A stretch of 64,000 nt of DNA from an uncultured Alphaproteobacteria bacterium. GTDB taxonomy: Bacteria > Pseudomonadota > Alphaproteobacteria > Rs-D84. The notes beneath the pieces were generated by a model. The model did no database searches and was not told the origin of the DNA. It saw only the letters and a program-made list of their open reading frames with translations. Where the stretch lies: assembly GCA_944389515.1 (NCBI GenBank), contig CALXMQ010000005.1:16826-80825 (forward strand). Direction: 5' to 3'. Below are positions 30,478-40,446 of this stretch, in pieces; positions within the stretch are counted from its first letter, which is position 1, and every line of letters begins with the position of its first letter. The position numbers and the translations under genes are program-made.

Positions 30478-30933
30478 CTATTTATTATTTGCCGGTGCGG
30501 CGGCCTGTGATTGCTTTTTTTTATCTTCATACAATTTTTCAAAATCAACAGGCTGCATAACAAATGCTGGGAACCCAGATTCTGCCGTCATACGTGTAAT
30601 CAGCGCACGAACAGATGGGAACAACAATGTCGGCACTTCAATCAGCAACGCACGTCTTTTTGCTTCTTCATCTTTTTCTTCTTCCATTTGAACCAGCCCA
30701 GAATACGTTGATTCAATCAAGAATATAGATTTTTCATCTTTTTCCAATTTTGAATGTACCTTTACAATCAAATCAACCATGAACAAATTGTTTTCTGCGC
30801 CCTTGATTTGAATATCAATATTTATTTCCAATTTTGCCTGGCCATTATCCTGCTTAAAGAACAATTCTGGCACATTTGGGCTTTCAAAAGAAAAGTCTTT
30901 CAAGAATTGGGTAATAATGTTAAATTTTGCCAT
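30478..30933 (-). CDS. secB: Protein-export chaperone SecB
   Basis: QFLKDFSFESPNVP, EVPTLLFP, GFPA, PVDFEKLY. Confidence 0.93.
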   Translation of the reverse strand: MAKFNIITQFLKDFSFESPNVPELFFKQDNGQAKLEINIDIQIKGAENNLFMVDLIVKVHSKLEKDEKSIFLIESTYSGLVQMEEEKDEEAKRRALLIEVPTLLFPSVRALITRMTAESGFPAFVMQPVDFEKLYEDKKKQSQAAAPANNK

Positions 30934-31016
30934 TGCGTTTACTCCTTTTTTTACGCATCATTTTATGGTAATATAACATTATATATGATGATTTACAAGT
31001 GGGGGGACTAAGAAAA

Positions 31017-32117
31017 ATGGCAGATTTGTTAAAACGGATTATATTCCGTGCATTTGCATTGGTGTTATGTACAGTATCTTTGACATCATGCGACCTGTCT
31101 ACCCCAACCCACCATGGCGACAATTCTGTAATACCATCTAATTTACGGCGCGTTTCATACGATGCGTTACCCGGATGGCGCAACGACGATGTGCGATATG
31201 CATTACAGGCATTTCGTAATTCATGCCGGGCAAAAATTCAATATACTGGGCGCGTAATCCCAGATCGCGCATTATTCGAAGAAAAATGCCGTATGTTACC
31301 ATCTGCATCGGCCGACGTTGCAACAATTCGCGCATGGTTTGAATCAAACTTTCAACCGTACCAGGTTGTTGACAATTCTGGCAATACACGTGGACTGTAT
31401 ACCGGATATTATTCACCAATAATTCCTGGATGTCGCACCCGTACGGCGCAATGCAACGAACCATTGATGGCGGTTCCGACCGACGGCCGTAATTACAAAG
31501 GTGTTCCCAAAAAACAAATTGTCGAACAGCAAATCGGCCGTCCACTGTATTGGGCAAATATTGTTGATGTACAAAATATTCAAATCCAAGGCAGTGGTAT
31601 GTTACAACTGGACGACGGCACAATGGTCAAATTAAACTTTGCCGCGGTAAATGATATGCCGTTCAAATCGATTGGCGAACAACTGCGCGCACGTGGAATC
31701 CGCCCACCAAATGGATATTCTGCGGATGCGGTTTGGCAATATTTGAAACAAAACCCGTCATTGGCACGCGAAGTCATATATAATAATCCACGATATGTAT
31801 ATTTCTATGAATCTGTCCCCCCAGATGTAATTGGCAAACTGGGTACACCATTATCCAAAATACGTTCAATCGCCATGGACGACGATATTTACACATTGGG
31901 ATTACCTGTATACATTGACACAAACCTGTCTGACGGCCGCCGGTTCAGTCGCCTGATGATTGCCCAAGATACTGGCAGTGCAATACGCGGTTGGATTCGT
32001 GCAGATATCTTTTTCGGCAAAGGTGACGAAGCATATCAATTCGCCCACGGCCAACATGCCCAGGGTCAAATGTTTATTCTGATGCCCAAAGAATACAGTT
32101 ATGTCAAACCAGAATAA
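31017..32117 (+). CDS. mltA: Membrane-bound lytic murein transglycosylase A
   Basis: Lipobox LTSC, TGYY, QIQGSG, NPRYVYF, AQDTGSAIRG, DIFFG. Confidence 0.92.
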   Translation: MADLLKRIIFRAFALVLCTVSLTSCDLSTPTHHGDNSVIPSNLRRVSYDALPGWRNDDVRYALQAFRNSCRAKIQYTGRVIPDRALFEEKCRMLPSASADVATIRAWFESNFQPYQVVDNSGNTRGLYTGYYSPIIPGCRTRTAQCNEPLMAVPTDGRNYKGVPKKQIVEQQIGRPLYWANIVDVQNIQIQGSGMLQLDDGTMVKLNFAAVNDMPFKSIGEQLRARGIRPPNGYSADAVWQYLKQNPSLAREVIYNNPRYVYFYESVPPDVIGKLGTPLSKIRSIAMDDDIYTLGLPVYIDTNLSDGRRFSRLMIAQDTGSAIRGWIRADIFFGKGDEAYQFAHGQHAQGQMFILMPKEYSYVKPE

Positions 32118-32430
32118 TAAATTTCTTAAACGCACCGCACGCCCCAGCACGATTGCCAGTGCAATGGGCGAATTGATGCAAATATTTGGTGTACGTGCAT
32201 CTGATTCTGATTTGATACAACGTTGGGATAAAATTATGGGTCCAGAAATCGCCAACATTGCCAAATTGGCGGCAATAAAAAAAATGCGTGATGGCCGATT
32301 TAATATAACACTGCGCCCCACAAATCCGGCATTTACATTACAACTGTCATACATGACGGACGAAATCACAAAAAAAATCAACAAATACTTTGGTCGTGAT
32401 GCCGTCGCCAAAATCAGTTTCCGGAAATAG
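32101..32430 (+). CDS. dciA: DUF721/DciA family protein
   Basis: RWDKIMGPEIA, KINKYFG.DAVAKI; alphaproteobacterial DUF721 pattern. Confidence 0.7.
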   Translation: MSNQNNKFLKRTARPSTIASAMGELMQIFGVRASDSDLIQRWDKIMGPEIANIAKLAAIKKMRDGRFNITLRPTNPAFTLQLSYMTDEITKKINKYFGRDAVAKISFRK

Positions 32431-32493
32431 TTATCACAATAAAAAATATCCGCGCATAACGCACGGACATAAAATATCAAGTAATAAAAAGAA

Positions 32494-32772
32494 TTATCTT
32501 ACCATTTTTCTTTCCCACCAAACTGCAATCGCAGGAACCAAGAATAACACCACGCCGGCCAGTCCCCATACCGCCAACGTACCAATCGCATAAACATAAA
32601 ACATTGGCGCAGAAACCCCAGTCACCAACACCCCCAGATAAATGAACGCCGGGATAAACGTCATCAGCCATATAAACAAAACCAACAAAGTATTCACCAC
32701 AAACGCGCGAAACCAAACCCGTTGTTTTGACAATAATTGCGCATCACGCATTTCAATAAATTCCTTTTTCAT
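32494..32772 (-). CDS. Small membrane protein
   Basis: 92 aa with 2-3 TM helices, AAGGA SD, downstream hairpin with T tract at about 32441-32470. Confidence 0.65.
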   Translation of the reverse strand: MKKEFIEMRDAQLLSKQRVWFRAFVVNTLLVLFIWLMTFIPAFIYLGVLVTGVSAPMFYVYAIGTLAVWGLAGVVLFLVPAIAVWWERKMVR

Positions 32773-32820
32773 AATCTATCCTTTTGGCTGTGACATAATT
32801 ATACCAAAAATTGCGAAAAA

Positions 32821-33297
32821 TTAAAACTTGAATCTGCTCATATTCGCGTGGGTCAACGCGATTGCAATCGCATCACTTTCATCTGGCGTCTTGGGATTTG
32901 CCGCCGGCATCAACATACGCACCATTTTATAAATTTGCTCTTTGCCGGCATGCCCTGCTGATGTCAAAGCCTTTTTAATTTTATTTGGTTCATATTCAAA
33001 AATCGGTATATCACGACCAGCCACCGCCACAATCGCCGCAGCACGCGCATGTCCCAAAATCAGTGTCGTTTTTGGATTTTGATTTACAAATGTAATTTCA
33101 ATACTACATACATCTGGTGAAAATTGTTCACACAAATCATCCACCCCACGAAAAATAGTTGCCAATCGTGCTGGCATTGCCAATGTCGTTTTAGGCAAAA
33201 TAACCCCACTGGCAACATAATGATACGCCGGCCCATTGACATCAATAATGGCCCACCCAGTATGCAATAATCCCGGATCAATTCCCAAAATCCGCAT
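32821..33297 (-). CDS. ruvC: Holliday junction resolvase RuvC
   Basis: ILGIDPGL..TGW, SIE, LGHAR, DESDAIAIA. Confidence 0.95.
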   Translation of the reverse strand: MRILGIDPGLLHTGWAIIDVNGPAYHYVASGVILPKTTLAMPARLATIFRGVDDLCEQFSPDVCSIEITFVNQNPKTTLILGHARAAAIVAVAGRDIPIFEYEPNKIKKALTSAGHAGKEQIYKMVRMLMPAANPKTPDESDAIAIALTHANMSRFKF

Positions 33298-33314
33298 TTT
33301 ATACCTTTACTATG

Positions 33315-34136
33315 TTATTTACGTTTCAATCGTAATTCATACAGTCCATCGCCTATTACATAATATTGCCAATTACTGTTATTACACATAAAATCCAAAT
33401 CGCGCTGCAAATATGTGGTGTTTGGCAACAAATCACAATTCAATGTTGGCGTTGGCACACAGCTAAATTCCGCAGTCCCGTTTGCACAATACCTGTCTAC
33501 TACATACATTTGAATATAGTGAAACATTTGCGTCCTTGCATAAGGAATATCCATCCCAGTAAATTGAACAGTAATATTATAAATATCATCTGGGTTGCCG
33601 TTCATATTGGCATCAATGCGTCTTGACCGGTCATCAGATTCTGCTGATGTTTGTCGGTTATCCGCCGTCTTGGTCAATAATTGACCTTGCTGCATATTCG
33701 CGGCATCAAAAAAAGTATCAAAAACAAAATCAGAACTTACTTGTGCGACGGAATCTGGATTATTTTTTAACATTTCACGCAATACCGGACACGAAACATC
33801 CGCATCAACCTTGGTTATCACATCTGGAATATTACCAACCGACACATTTTCAAAAATATACTTGGCTATACCAAACAACTGTGGCATAGACATACGAAAT
33901 CCGTTTTTTTCTTCGTCATAAAAATCATAGTACAAATAATCCAAATATCTCAGATAATACATAAAACATAACAAAGCATTTTCATCAGACGAAAACAATT
34001 CAGTATTTGCAAAATTATCATAACTTAAAACTATTGGTGTATCTAATATAAAATCAATTTTATCATCGGCGCATACCGTAATCGTGGGCACAACAAACAG
34101 AAAAAACGCCAAAGACATTATAAATAATTTTCTCAT
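33315..34136 (-). CDS. Hypothetical exported protein
   Basis: Signal peptide MRKLFIMSL; ATG overlaps the upstream TGA. Confidence 0.65.
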   Translation of the reverse strand: MRKLFIMSLAFFLFVVPTITVCADDKIDFILDTPIVLSYDNFANTELFSSDENALLCFMYYLRYLDYLYYDFYDEEKNGFRMSMPQLFGIAKYIFENVSVGNIPDVITKVDADVSCPVLREMLKNNPDSVAQVSSDFVFDTFFDAANMQQGQLLTKTADNRQTSAESDDRSRRIDANMNGNPDDIYNITVQFTGMDIPYARTQMFHYIQMYVVDRYCANGTAEFSCVPTPTLNCDLLPNTTYLQRDLDFMCNNSNWQYYVIGDGLYELRLKRK

Positions 34137-35128
34137 TTTAACGCATCCTCGCACTGGTCTGCCACTTGCACCAAATCTTTAACCGCATTTATCTGGGTCG
34201 CATTAAATATAGTTGCCGTCAACGATGCCGCTGTTGTCGCACCACTTAAAACATTAGATGCAGTATTCAGATTTTTTTCGCGCGACGCATCCCCACTGCG
34301 TGTTTTATTTGAATTTGCAACCCCAGATGTAATTGTCCCAACCAATCCGGTTGCGGCACCAATTCCACTGGAAATTGTTGCCCCCTTGGCGCGAGTGTCC
34401 ACAACCGATAAATCCACTGTTTTATACCCACCACACGCGGCGATAATTTTATCCGCCAATGCAACATCATCGTCCGTGGCAGTGCCAGCCACATGCGCAT
34501 GCATCTTGGCATTTTCCAACGCACGCACGGCATCAACACAATCGGCAATCATTTCAGCCAGCCCACCCTGGGTACGATTCTTACCAGCGATTACCGCACC
34601 TGCAATATTTGAAACAGTACCAGTCGCCAATAATCCCGTACGCACATTACCCAAAGTTTTTGATTGCTGGGTTTTCTGATTCAACTCTTCTTGTTTAGCG
34701 GCAATTTCAGATTTCCCCCCACCACCAACCGCAACCATCACAGGTTCCGAACTTGAAATCATATCCATCAACGTATCTTTATCTATGCCCGTTAAATCAA
34801 TTTTTGGATTATCCGATGTATCAGTTGGCTGGTTCATAAATCTTTCCAACCACTTCTCTATTTCTTCCGCCTGGGCATCAACATTTGATTTTACGATACC
34901 CACAACTGTTGCACCACCACTGGCCAACGTTCCAACCCCGGTCACAGCAGTGTTTATCCCAGCCATACGTTTTAATTCAACCATTTGATTCGACAGACCA
35001 TCACACGCGGCACGTACATTTTGAATTGACACATCCAGCGCAGAAATATCCGCGGCATTTGCGCCACCACACGCAACCATCCCCACAATCAAACCAACAA
35101 AAACAGATTTCAATTTTTCCCTATGCAT
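34133..35128 (-). CDS. Exported protein with duplicated Gly/Ala/Thr-rich hydrophobic helix pairs
   Basis: Signal peptide (MHREKLK...ANA), four small-residue hydrophobic segments, Cys-flanked repeats; start placed downstream of the yebC terminator. Confidence 0.7.
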   Translation of the reverse strand: MHREKLKSVFVGLIVGMVACGGANAADISALDVSIQNVRAACDGLSNQMVELKRMAGINTAVTGVGTLASGGATVVGIVKSNVDAQAEEIEKWLERFMNQPTDTSDNPKIDLTGIDKDTLMDMISSSEPVMVAVGGGGKSEIAAKQEELNQKTQQSKTLGNVRTGLLATGTVSNIAGAVIAGKNRTQGGLAEMIADCVDAVRALENAKMHAHVAGTATDDDVALADKIIAACGGYKTVDLSVVDTRAKGATISSGIGAATGLVGTITSGVANSNKTRSGDASREKNLNTASNVLSGATTAASLTATIFNATQINAVKDLVQVADQCEDALK

Positions 35129-35160
35129 ACTTGAACAAATTGTATCATAAACAACAGCAT

Positions 35161-35197
35161 AAAAAAATAAAAAATACCGTGGGTAAAACACCCACGG
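35161..35197 (-). terminator. Intrinsic terminator after yebC
   Basis: ccgtgggt/acccacgg hairpin with T tract on the minus strand. Confidence 0.7.
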
Positions 35198-35222
35198 ACA
35201 TAATATACACATACTTTCTGAC

Positions 35223-35939
35223 TTACGCTGCGGCGGTAAAGACCTTTTGCACATCATCATTATCGTCCAACGCATCAACTAACTTTTCCAATTTTGCATA
35301 TGCCTCATCATCTAAATCCATCGGCATATTTGGAATCCAAGTCAATTCGGCTTTTTCTGGTTCGCCTAATTTATCAGCCAATGCCTTTTGCACAGTAATA
35401 AAGTCATCTGGCTTGGTTGTAATAATAAAACCTTCTTCGTCAGATTCTAAATTATCTGCATTTGCATCCATAATGATTTCCATCATTTCATCTTCACTTT
35501 TGCCGATTGATGCCGGATAGAAAATTTGCCCAGCACGCGTGAACATGAAAACAACACTACCTTCTTCACCCATATTTCCGCCGTTTTTAGCAAAAATATT
35601 ACGAATTTCCGGCACCGTACGACGTGGGTTATCTGTCAACGCTTCGACAATCACTGGGACTGCACCCGGGCCATATCCTTCGTACCGCACGGCAACATAG
35701 TTTTCTGTATTTGCACCAGACGCTTTATCAATCGCGCGTTTAATATTATCGTTCGGCATAGAATTTTTACGTGCGTTCAAAATTGCCAAACGCAAACGCG
35801 GATTATTATCTGGGTTTTTATCGCCCAATTTTGCCGCCATTGTTATTTCTCGCGCCAATTTAGTAAACAAACCACTGCGCGCTGCATCAACCGCACCTTT
35901 TTTGTGCTGAATATTGTGCCATTTGCTGTGTCCACTCAT
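35223..35939 (-). CDS. yebC: YebC/PmpR family protein
   Basis: MSGHSKWHNIQHKKG, NPRLR, YEGYGPG, TDN..RT, DDVQKVF. Confidence 0.95.
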   Translation of the reverse strand: MSGHSKWHNIQHKKGAVDAARSGLFTKLAREITMAAKLGDKNPDNNPRLRLAILNARKNSMPNDNIKRAIDKASGANTENYVAVRYEGYGPGAVPVIVEALTDNPRRTVPEIRNIFAKNGGNMGEEGSVVFMFTRAGQIFYPASIGKSEDEMMEIIMDANADNLESDEEGFIITTKPDDFITVQKALADKLGEPEKAELTWIPNMPMDLDDEAYAKLEKLVDALDDNDDVQKVFTAAA

Positions 35940-35991
35940 AATTTGACCTTTTATATATATTGAATTAAAATTACTGGCAAAAGGATACCAA

Positions 35992-36570
35992 ATGATTGGA
36001 AAATTGCAAGGAATTGTTGATTATACTGGTGATGGATTTATTATATTGATGACACACGATGTTGGATACAAAGTCTTTACCCCAGAATACCTGACCCCGA
36101 AATCAACTGTTTCTTTATGGATTGAAACTGTTGTCCGCGAAGATTCAATTCGCCTGTTTGGTTTTTCAACCTTGGCCGCACAAAATTTATTCAATCAACT
36201 GACCGCGGTTTCTGGGGTTGGACCAAAATTAGCAATGGCAATTATGGGCGCAATTAAAACAGATACTTTATTATCCGCAATCGCCACGGGGGACGCAAAA
36301 ACAATTACATCCGCACCTGGGGTTGGTAAAAAAGTGGCTGAAAAAATCATCGTTGAATTAAAGACACGCATCGGCGGTACATCTTTAAATCTGGGCGATA
36401 CAACTGGCACATCTGGTGCATTACCCGATTTATTGGCCGCATTGGAATCTTTGGGATACAGACGTTTAGATATTGTTGATATGGCACAAAAATTGGTTGC
36501 CGCCAACCCAGATGCCGACGTATCAAAACTGGTGCCAATGGCATTAAAACAAATCAGTGGGAATAAATAA
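35992..36570 (+). CDS. ruvA: Holliday junction branch migration protein RuvA
   Basis: VGYKV, VREDSIRLFGF, VSGVGPK, PGVGKKVAEKIIVELK, ALESLGY. Confidence 0.95.
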   Translation: MIGKLQGIVDYTGDGFIILMTHDVGYKVFTPEYLTPKSTVSLWIETVVREDSIRLFGFSTLAAQNLFNQLTAVSGVGPKLAMAIMGAIKTDTLLSAIATGDAKTITSAPGVGKKVAEKIIVELKTRIGGTSLNLGDTTGTSGALPDLLAALESLGYRRLDIVDMAQKLVAANPDADVSKLVPMALKQISGNK

Positions 36571-36572
36571 AT

Positions 36573-37886
36573 ATGAACAATAACGATACTATTTTTGCCC
36601 TGTCGTCGGGACATGGAAAATCCGGTGTGGCGGTCATACGTGTATCGGGCGACGATTTATATAATTTATTTTTGCAAATAACAAATCGCAAATCTGCGGA
36701 TACGCGCCATGCATATTTTGCAAACTTTCGCGATACATCTGGTGATTTAATTGACCAAGTTATCGCGGTATATTTTGCGGCGCCCCACTCTTTTACTGGC
36801 ACAGACATCATTGAAATTTATTCCCACGGCGCACCGGCTGTGGTGAATAAGATATTTGAATATTTTCGTGATATGGGCGGCCGCATGGCCACACCTGGCG
36901 AATTTTCACGTCGCGCATTTTATAATAACAAAATGGATTTAACAGATGTTGACGGACTGGCGGCACTGTTAGACGCACAAACCGATGCCCAAAGAAAATC
37001 AGCACTGGCATCCATGTTGGGCGGCGACAGTGAAATATATAACGCGTGGCGCCATCAAATGATTGAAATTTCCGCGTATGCCGCGGCCATCTTGGATTAT
37101 GCAGACGATGAATTACCCACAAACATCGGTGATACCATCCGCAAAAAAACAAAAAAATTATACGATGAAATCAGCACCGCTATTTCGCATCATGCAGCGG
37201 TTCGCGCCATCCGCAGCGGTTTTAACATCGCACTGGTTGGACGTACAAATGTTGGTAAATCATCATTGTTTAACGCAATTTTGGGTGCCAATCGCGCAAT
37301 CGTATCAGATATACCTGGGACAACACGTGACGTCGTATCTGCCACCCTGGATATTGGTGGATACATGGTAAATTTATCAGATACGGCCGGAATTCGCCGT
37401 GCCACAGACACAATCGAAAAAATTGGAATTGCGCGTACAAAATCAGAAATTGAAAACGCCGATATAATTATCAATGTACAAAGCGCTAAGAACAAAATCC
37501 AAATTCCATCACACGCCGCACCCAATACTATTTATGTTATAAATAAATCTGACGCTGCCCACACCACCCCAAACATACGCGGCATAATATATACATCTGC
37601 TAAAACAGGCACTGGGATAAAAAAACTGATTACCGCAATAAATAAAAAAATATCAGCCATCGCAAACACCGCAGAATCCAGTGTCGCGGTCAACGCACGC
37701 ACACGCGGATTATTATCAGATGCCGCCACAGAATTAAACAGCGCACTGAATGCCCCTGTTGAAAATTATGATATATTCGCAGAACACACACGTCGTGCCG
37801 CAGACGCGATTGGCAAAATATTGGGCACAATTACCGCCAACGATGTACTGGACGCTACGTTTTCACAATTATGTTTAGGCAAATAA
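36573..37886 (+). CDS. mnmE: tRNA modification GTPase MnmE
   Basis: DTIFALSS, SFTGTD, PGEFSRRAF, GRTNVGKSSL, GTTRD, DTAGIR, NKSD, C-terminal LCLGK. Confidence 0.95.
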   Translation: MNNNDTIFALSSGHGKSGVAVIRVSGDDLYNLFLQITNRKSADTRHAYFANFRDTSGDLIDQVIAVYFAAPHSFTGTDIIEIYSHGAPAVVNKIFEYFRDMGGRMATPGEFSRRAFYNNKMDLTDVDGLAALLDAQTDAQRKSALASMLGGDSEIYNAWRHQMIEISAYAAAILDYADDELPTNIGDTIRKKTKKLYDEISTAISHHAAVRAIRSGFNIALVGRTNVGKSSLFNAILGANRAIVSDIPGTTRDVVSATLDIGGYMVNLSDTAGIRRATDTIEKIGIARTKSEIENADIIINVQSAKNKIQIPSHAAPNTIYVINKSDAAHTTPNIRGIIYTSAKTGTGIKKLITAINKKISAIANTAESSVAVNARTRGLLSDAATELNSALNAPVENYDIFAEHTRRAADAIGKILGTITANDVLDATFSQLCLGK

Positions 37887-37976
37887 AATAACGATTTGAA
37901 TTTAGACAAATTTTTACAAAGTTACAAAAATACTTTAACTTTATATTATGACTATGAACAGCATATAAAAACAATA

Positions 37977-37997
37977 CCGACAGACATCATCTGTCGG
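37977..37997. terminator. Hairpin between convergent mnmE and acyl-CoA ligase
   Basis: ccgacaga/tctgtcgg; weak T tract. Confidence 0.45.
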
Positions 37998-38025
37998 CAT
38001 TATATCAGGTAAAAAACACCAAATC

Positions 38026-39606
38026 TTATTCTTTACGAATTGGATATTTACCCTCTATCAAATTTTGACGTACAACGTGATGTTTAACCTTTTGCGTACT
38101 GGTCACAGGCAAATCATCTGTCGTCATTGCAAAGTGCGTCACCCATTTATACGACGCAACTTTTTTATTCGCCTGGGCAATGGCCGCAGACAATTTTTCC
38201 AACGTCATATCTGGTTCTACACTGAACACACCATACGTCACAGTTTTACCTTTGACCTTGTGTTCAAACACAGCAACATTTTTAACCCCCGGGATTTCGA
38301 TAAACATGCCTTCCAATTCATCTGGATACACATTTTTACCAGAATCCAAAACAATGACCTGCTTTTTACGACCTGCAAAATGCAATTCACCATTTTTATC
38401 CATGGTTACCATATCACCGGTATTAAAGAATCCACGATCATCAAACACTTCGGCATTGACCCCAGGATTATTCATATATCCACCAAACACCTGGTGACCG
38501 CGTACCCACAAAACCCCAACGCCATCTTCGTTTTTATCACGAATTTCGCATTCGTTGTTTGTGGTTGGCCCACCAAAGGCAAACGGCAAACGTTTTTTAG
38601 TTGGCTTTGAAATACAAATAGGCCCAACTGTTTCAGTCAAACCGTATCCCTGAATAAACGTCAATCCCAAACGTTCATAAAACGTTTCAACCTCTGGCTT
38701 GGTTGCGGCACCACCGGCAATCAGCAACTTTGCACGACCACCGAACACCGCCAACACAGGTTCTTGAACCTTTTTAACCAATTTACCCAGGCCGATTTTT
38801 TGCAATGTTTTGCCATATTTCAACACAAACGATACCAACCACCATTTATGTTGCGCCTTGATATTTTCAATGATGCGATTACGCAAAACTTCCCATAAAC
38901 GCGGCACAGCCGGAATTACATGCGGACGATATTCTTTGAAATCCGCCATAATTTCTTTTGGATTGATGCTGGGTTGCAACAACATACCGGCGCCATAATG
39001 CAACGTTGCCAATATTTCCACCGCAAACCCAAAGATATGATACATGGGTAAAAATCCATACAACACGAACCCAGGACTTATCCATTTATGCATATCTTCC
39101 AATGAATTAGAACATTCAACCAAATTAAAGTGCGTCAATGGAACAACCTTTGGCGTACCCGTTGACCCAGATGTAAACGATAACGTTGCCACATCTGTTG
39201 ATTCCAATGCCACAGGTTTCAAACGCGCATCAATTTTTTCATCTTTCTTGGTAATATCATAAAATTCAAATTTTTTGGTTTTAAAGAAAAATGACGGTTC
39301 TGCACATACAAATTTGCATCCTGCGATTTGGGTCATATTATCATATTCGAACGGCGTCAAATTTGTATCTAATAACAATACAGTTCCACCCAAATACCAA
39401 ACCGCAAACAATGTGATTGGGAATTCAGGAATATTGTGTGCCAAGATACCAACGACATCGCCCTGCTTTACGCCTGCTGCATGCAGTGACGTTGCGCGCG
39501 CCCGAACCAAATCTATAAATTCTGAAAACGTAACTTTTTCGCGTACCAGAAACAAGTTGTCTGGCCATTTGGCAGTTGTACGTTCCAGTAACTGATACAT
39601 ATTCAT
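38026..39606 (-). CDS. Long-chain fatty acid--CoA ligase (AMP-binding)
   Basis: FTSGSTGTPK, LPMYHIFG, QGYGLTE, FNTGD, GKNVYPDELE. Confidence 0.88.
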   Translation of the reverse strand: MNMYQLLERTTAKWPDNLFLVREKVTFSEFIDLVRARATSLHAAGVKQGDVVGILAHNIPEFPITLFAVWYLGGTVLLLDTNLTPFEYDNMTQIAGCKFVCAEPSFFFKTKKFEFYDITKKDEKIDARLKPVALESTDVATLSFTSGSTGTPKVVPLTHFNLVECSNSLEDMHKWISPGFVLYGFLPMYHIFGFAVEILATLHYGAGMLLQPSINPKEIMADFKEYRPHVIPAVPRLWEVLRNRIIENIKAQHKWWLVSFVLKYGKTLQKIGLGKLVKKVQEPVLAVFGGRAKLLIAGGAATKPEVETFYERLGLTFIQGYGLTETVGPICISKPTKKRLPFAFGGPTTNNECEIRDKNEDGVGVLWVRGHQVFGGYMNNPGVNAEVFDDRGFFNTGDMVTMDKNGELHFAGRKKQVIVLDSGKNVYPDELEGMFIEIPGVKNVAVFEHKVKGKTVTYGVFSVEPDMTLEKLSAAIAQANKKVASYKWVTHFAMTTDDLPVTSTQKVKHHVVRQNLIEGKYPIRKE

Positions 39607-39675
39607 AATAAAAATTCCTTGTTGTTTTTATATTGGACAAACACTATTATATCCACCAAGGAAAAGATTGCAATT

Positions 39676-40446
39676 ATGAAAATACTGACATTAAATATCA
39701 ATTCTATACGTGCCCACGCAGAAAGTTTTATTGATATTCTGCGTAATGGTGAATATGACGTCATTTTGGTCCAAGAATTAAAGGTTGATAACGCCAACTT
39801 TCCACATAACCTGTTTGATGATTTTGGTTATAATATCAAGGTTTTTGGCCAAAAATCATGGAACGGCGTCGCCGTATTTTCCAAATATTCTATCGAAGAC
39901 GTCACATGCGGCATGCCAAATTTCCCAGATATAAACGCACGATTTATCGAATGTGTTATTGACGGACATATACGTATAATAAACGTATATATGCCAAACG
40001 GTGACACCATTGATTCACCTAAATTTCCATATAAACTGGACTGGATGCGCGCATTTACAAACTATATTGCCCAATACGCCAATTCCCCAGAACAGGTTAT
40101 TATCGGTGGCGATTTCAATGTTGCATTGACAGATGCGGATGTATGGAAACCTGCAAATTACGTTGGTATTGCGATTGCGGCACCGGCGGCACGCGAAATT
40201 ATGCAAACATGGTTAAATAACGGTTGGTATGATGTATGGCGCACAATGCACCCAGACGATATCGGATACACATGGTATGGATATCGTGGGCGCGATACGG
40301 TCGGAAATAAACAAGGTCTGCGCCTGGATTATTTCTTGGCAAATGCGTCTGCAATGAAACAAATAAAAAACTGTGAAATTGATATGAATCCACGTTTGGC
40401 GGATAAACCCACTGACCATTGCGGATTGATGTTAAAAATGGGCTAA
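39676..40446 (+). CDS. xth: Exodeoxyribonuclease III
   Basis: NINSIR, QELK, GQKSWNGVA, GGDFNVA, GLRLDY, TDH. Confidence 0.93.
   Translation: MKILTLNINSIRAHAESFIDILRNGEYDVILVQELKVDNANFPHNLFDDFGYNIKVFGQKSWNGVAVFSKYSIEDVTCGMPNFPDINARFIECVIDGHIRIINVYMPNGDTIDSPKFPYKLDWMRAFTNYIAQYANSPEQVIIGGDFNVALTDADVWKPANYVGIAIAAPAAREIMQTWLNNGWYDVWRTMHPDDIGYTWYGYRGRDTVGNKQGLRLDYFLANASAMKQIKNCEIDMNPRLADKPTDHCGLMLKMG

Noticed and set aside
35129-35278. N-terminal extensions in the ORF track (also recA 28116, 26999, 51140, 44314, 39619)
   Set aside because: They run through terminators or neighbouring genes; downstream starts have SDs or match the family N-terminus
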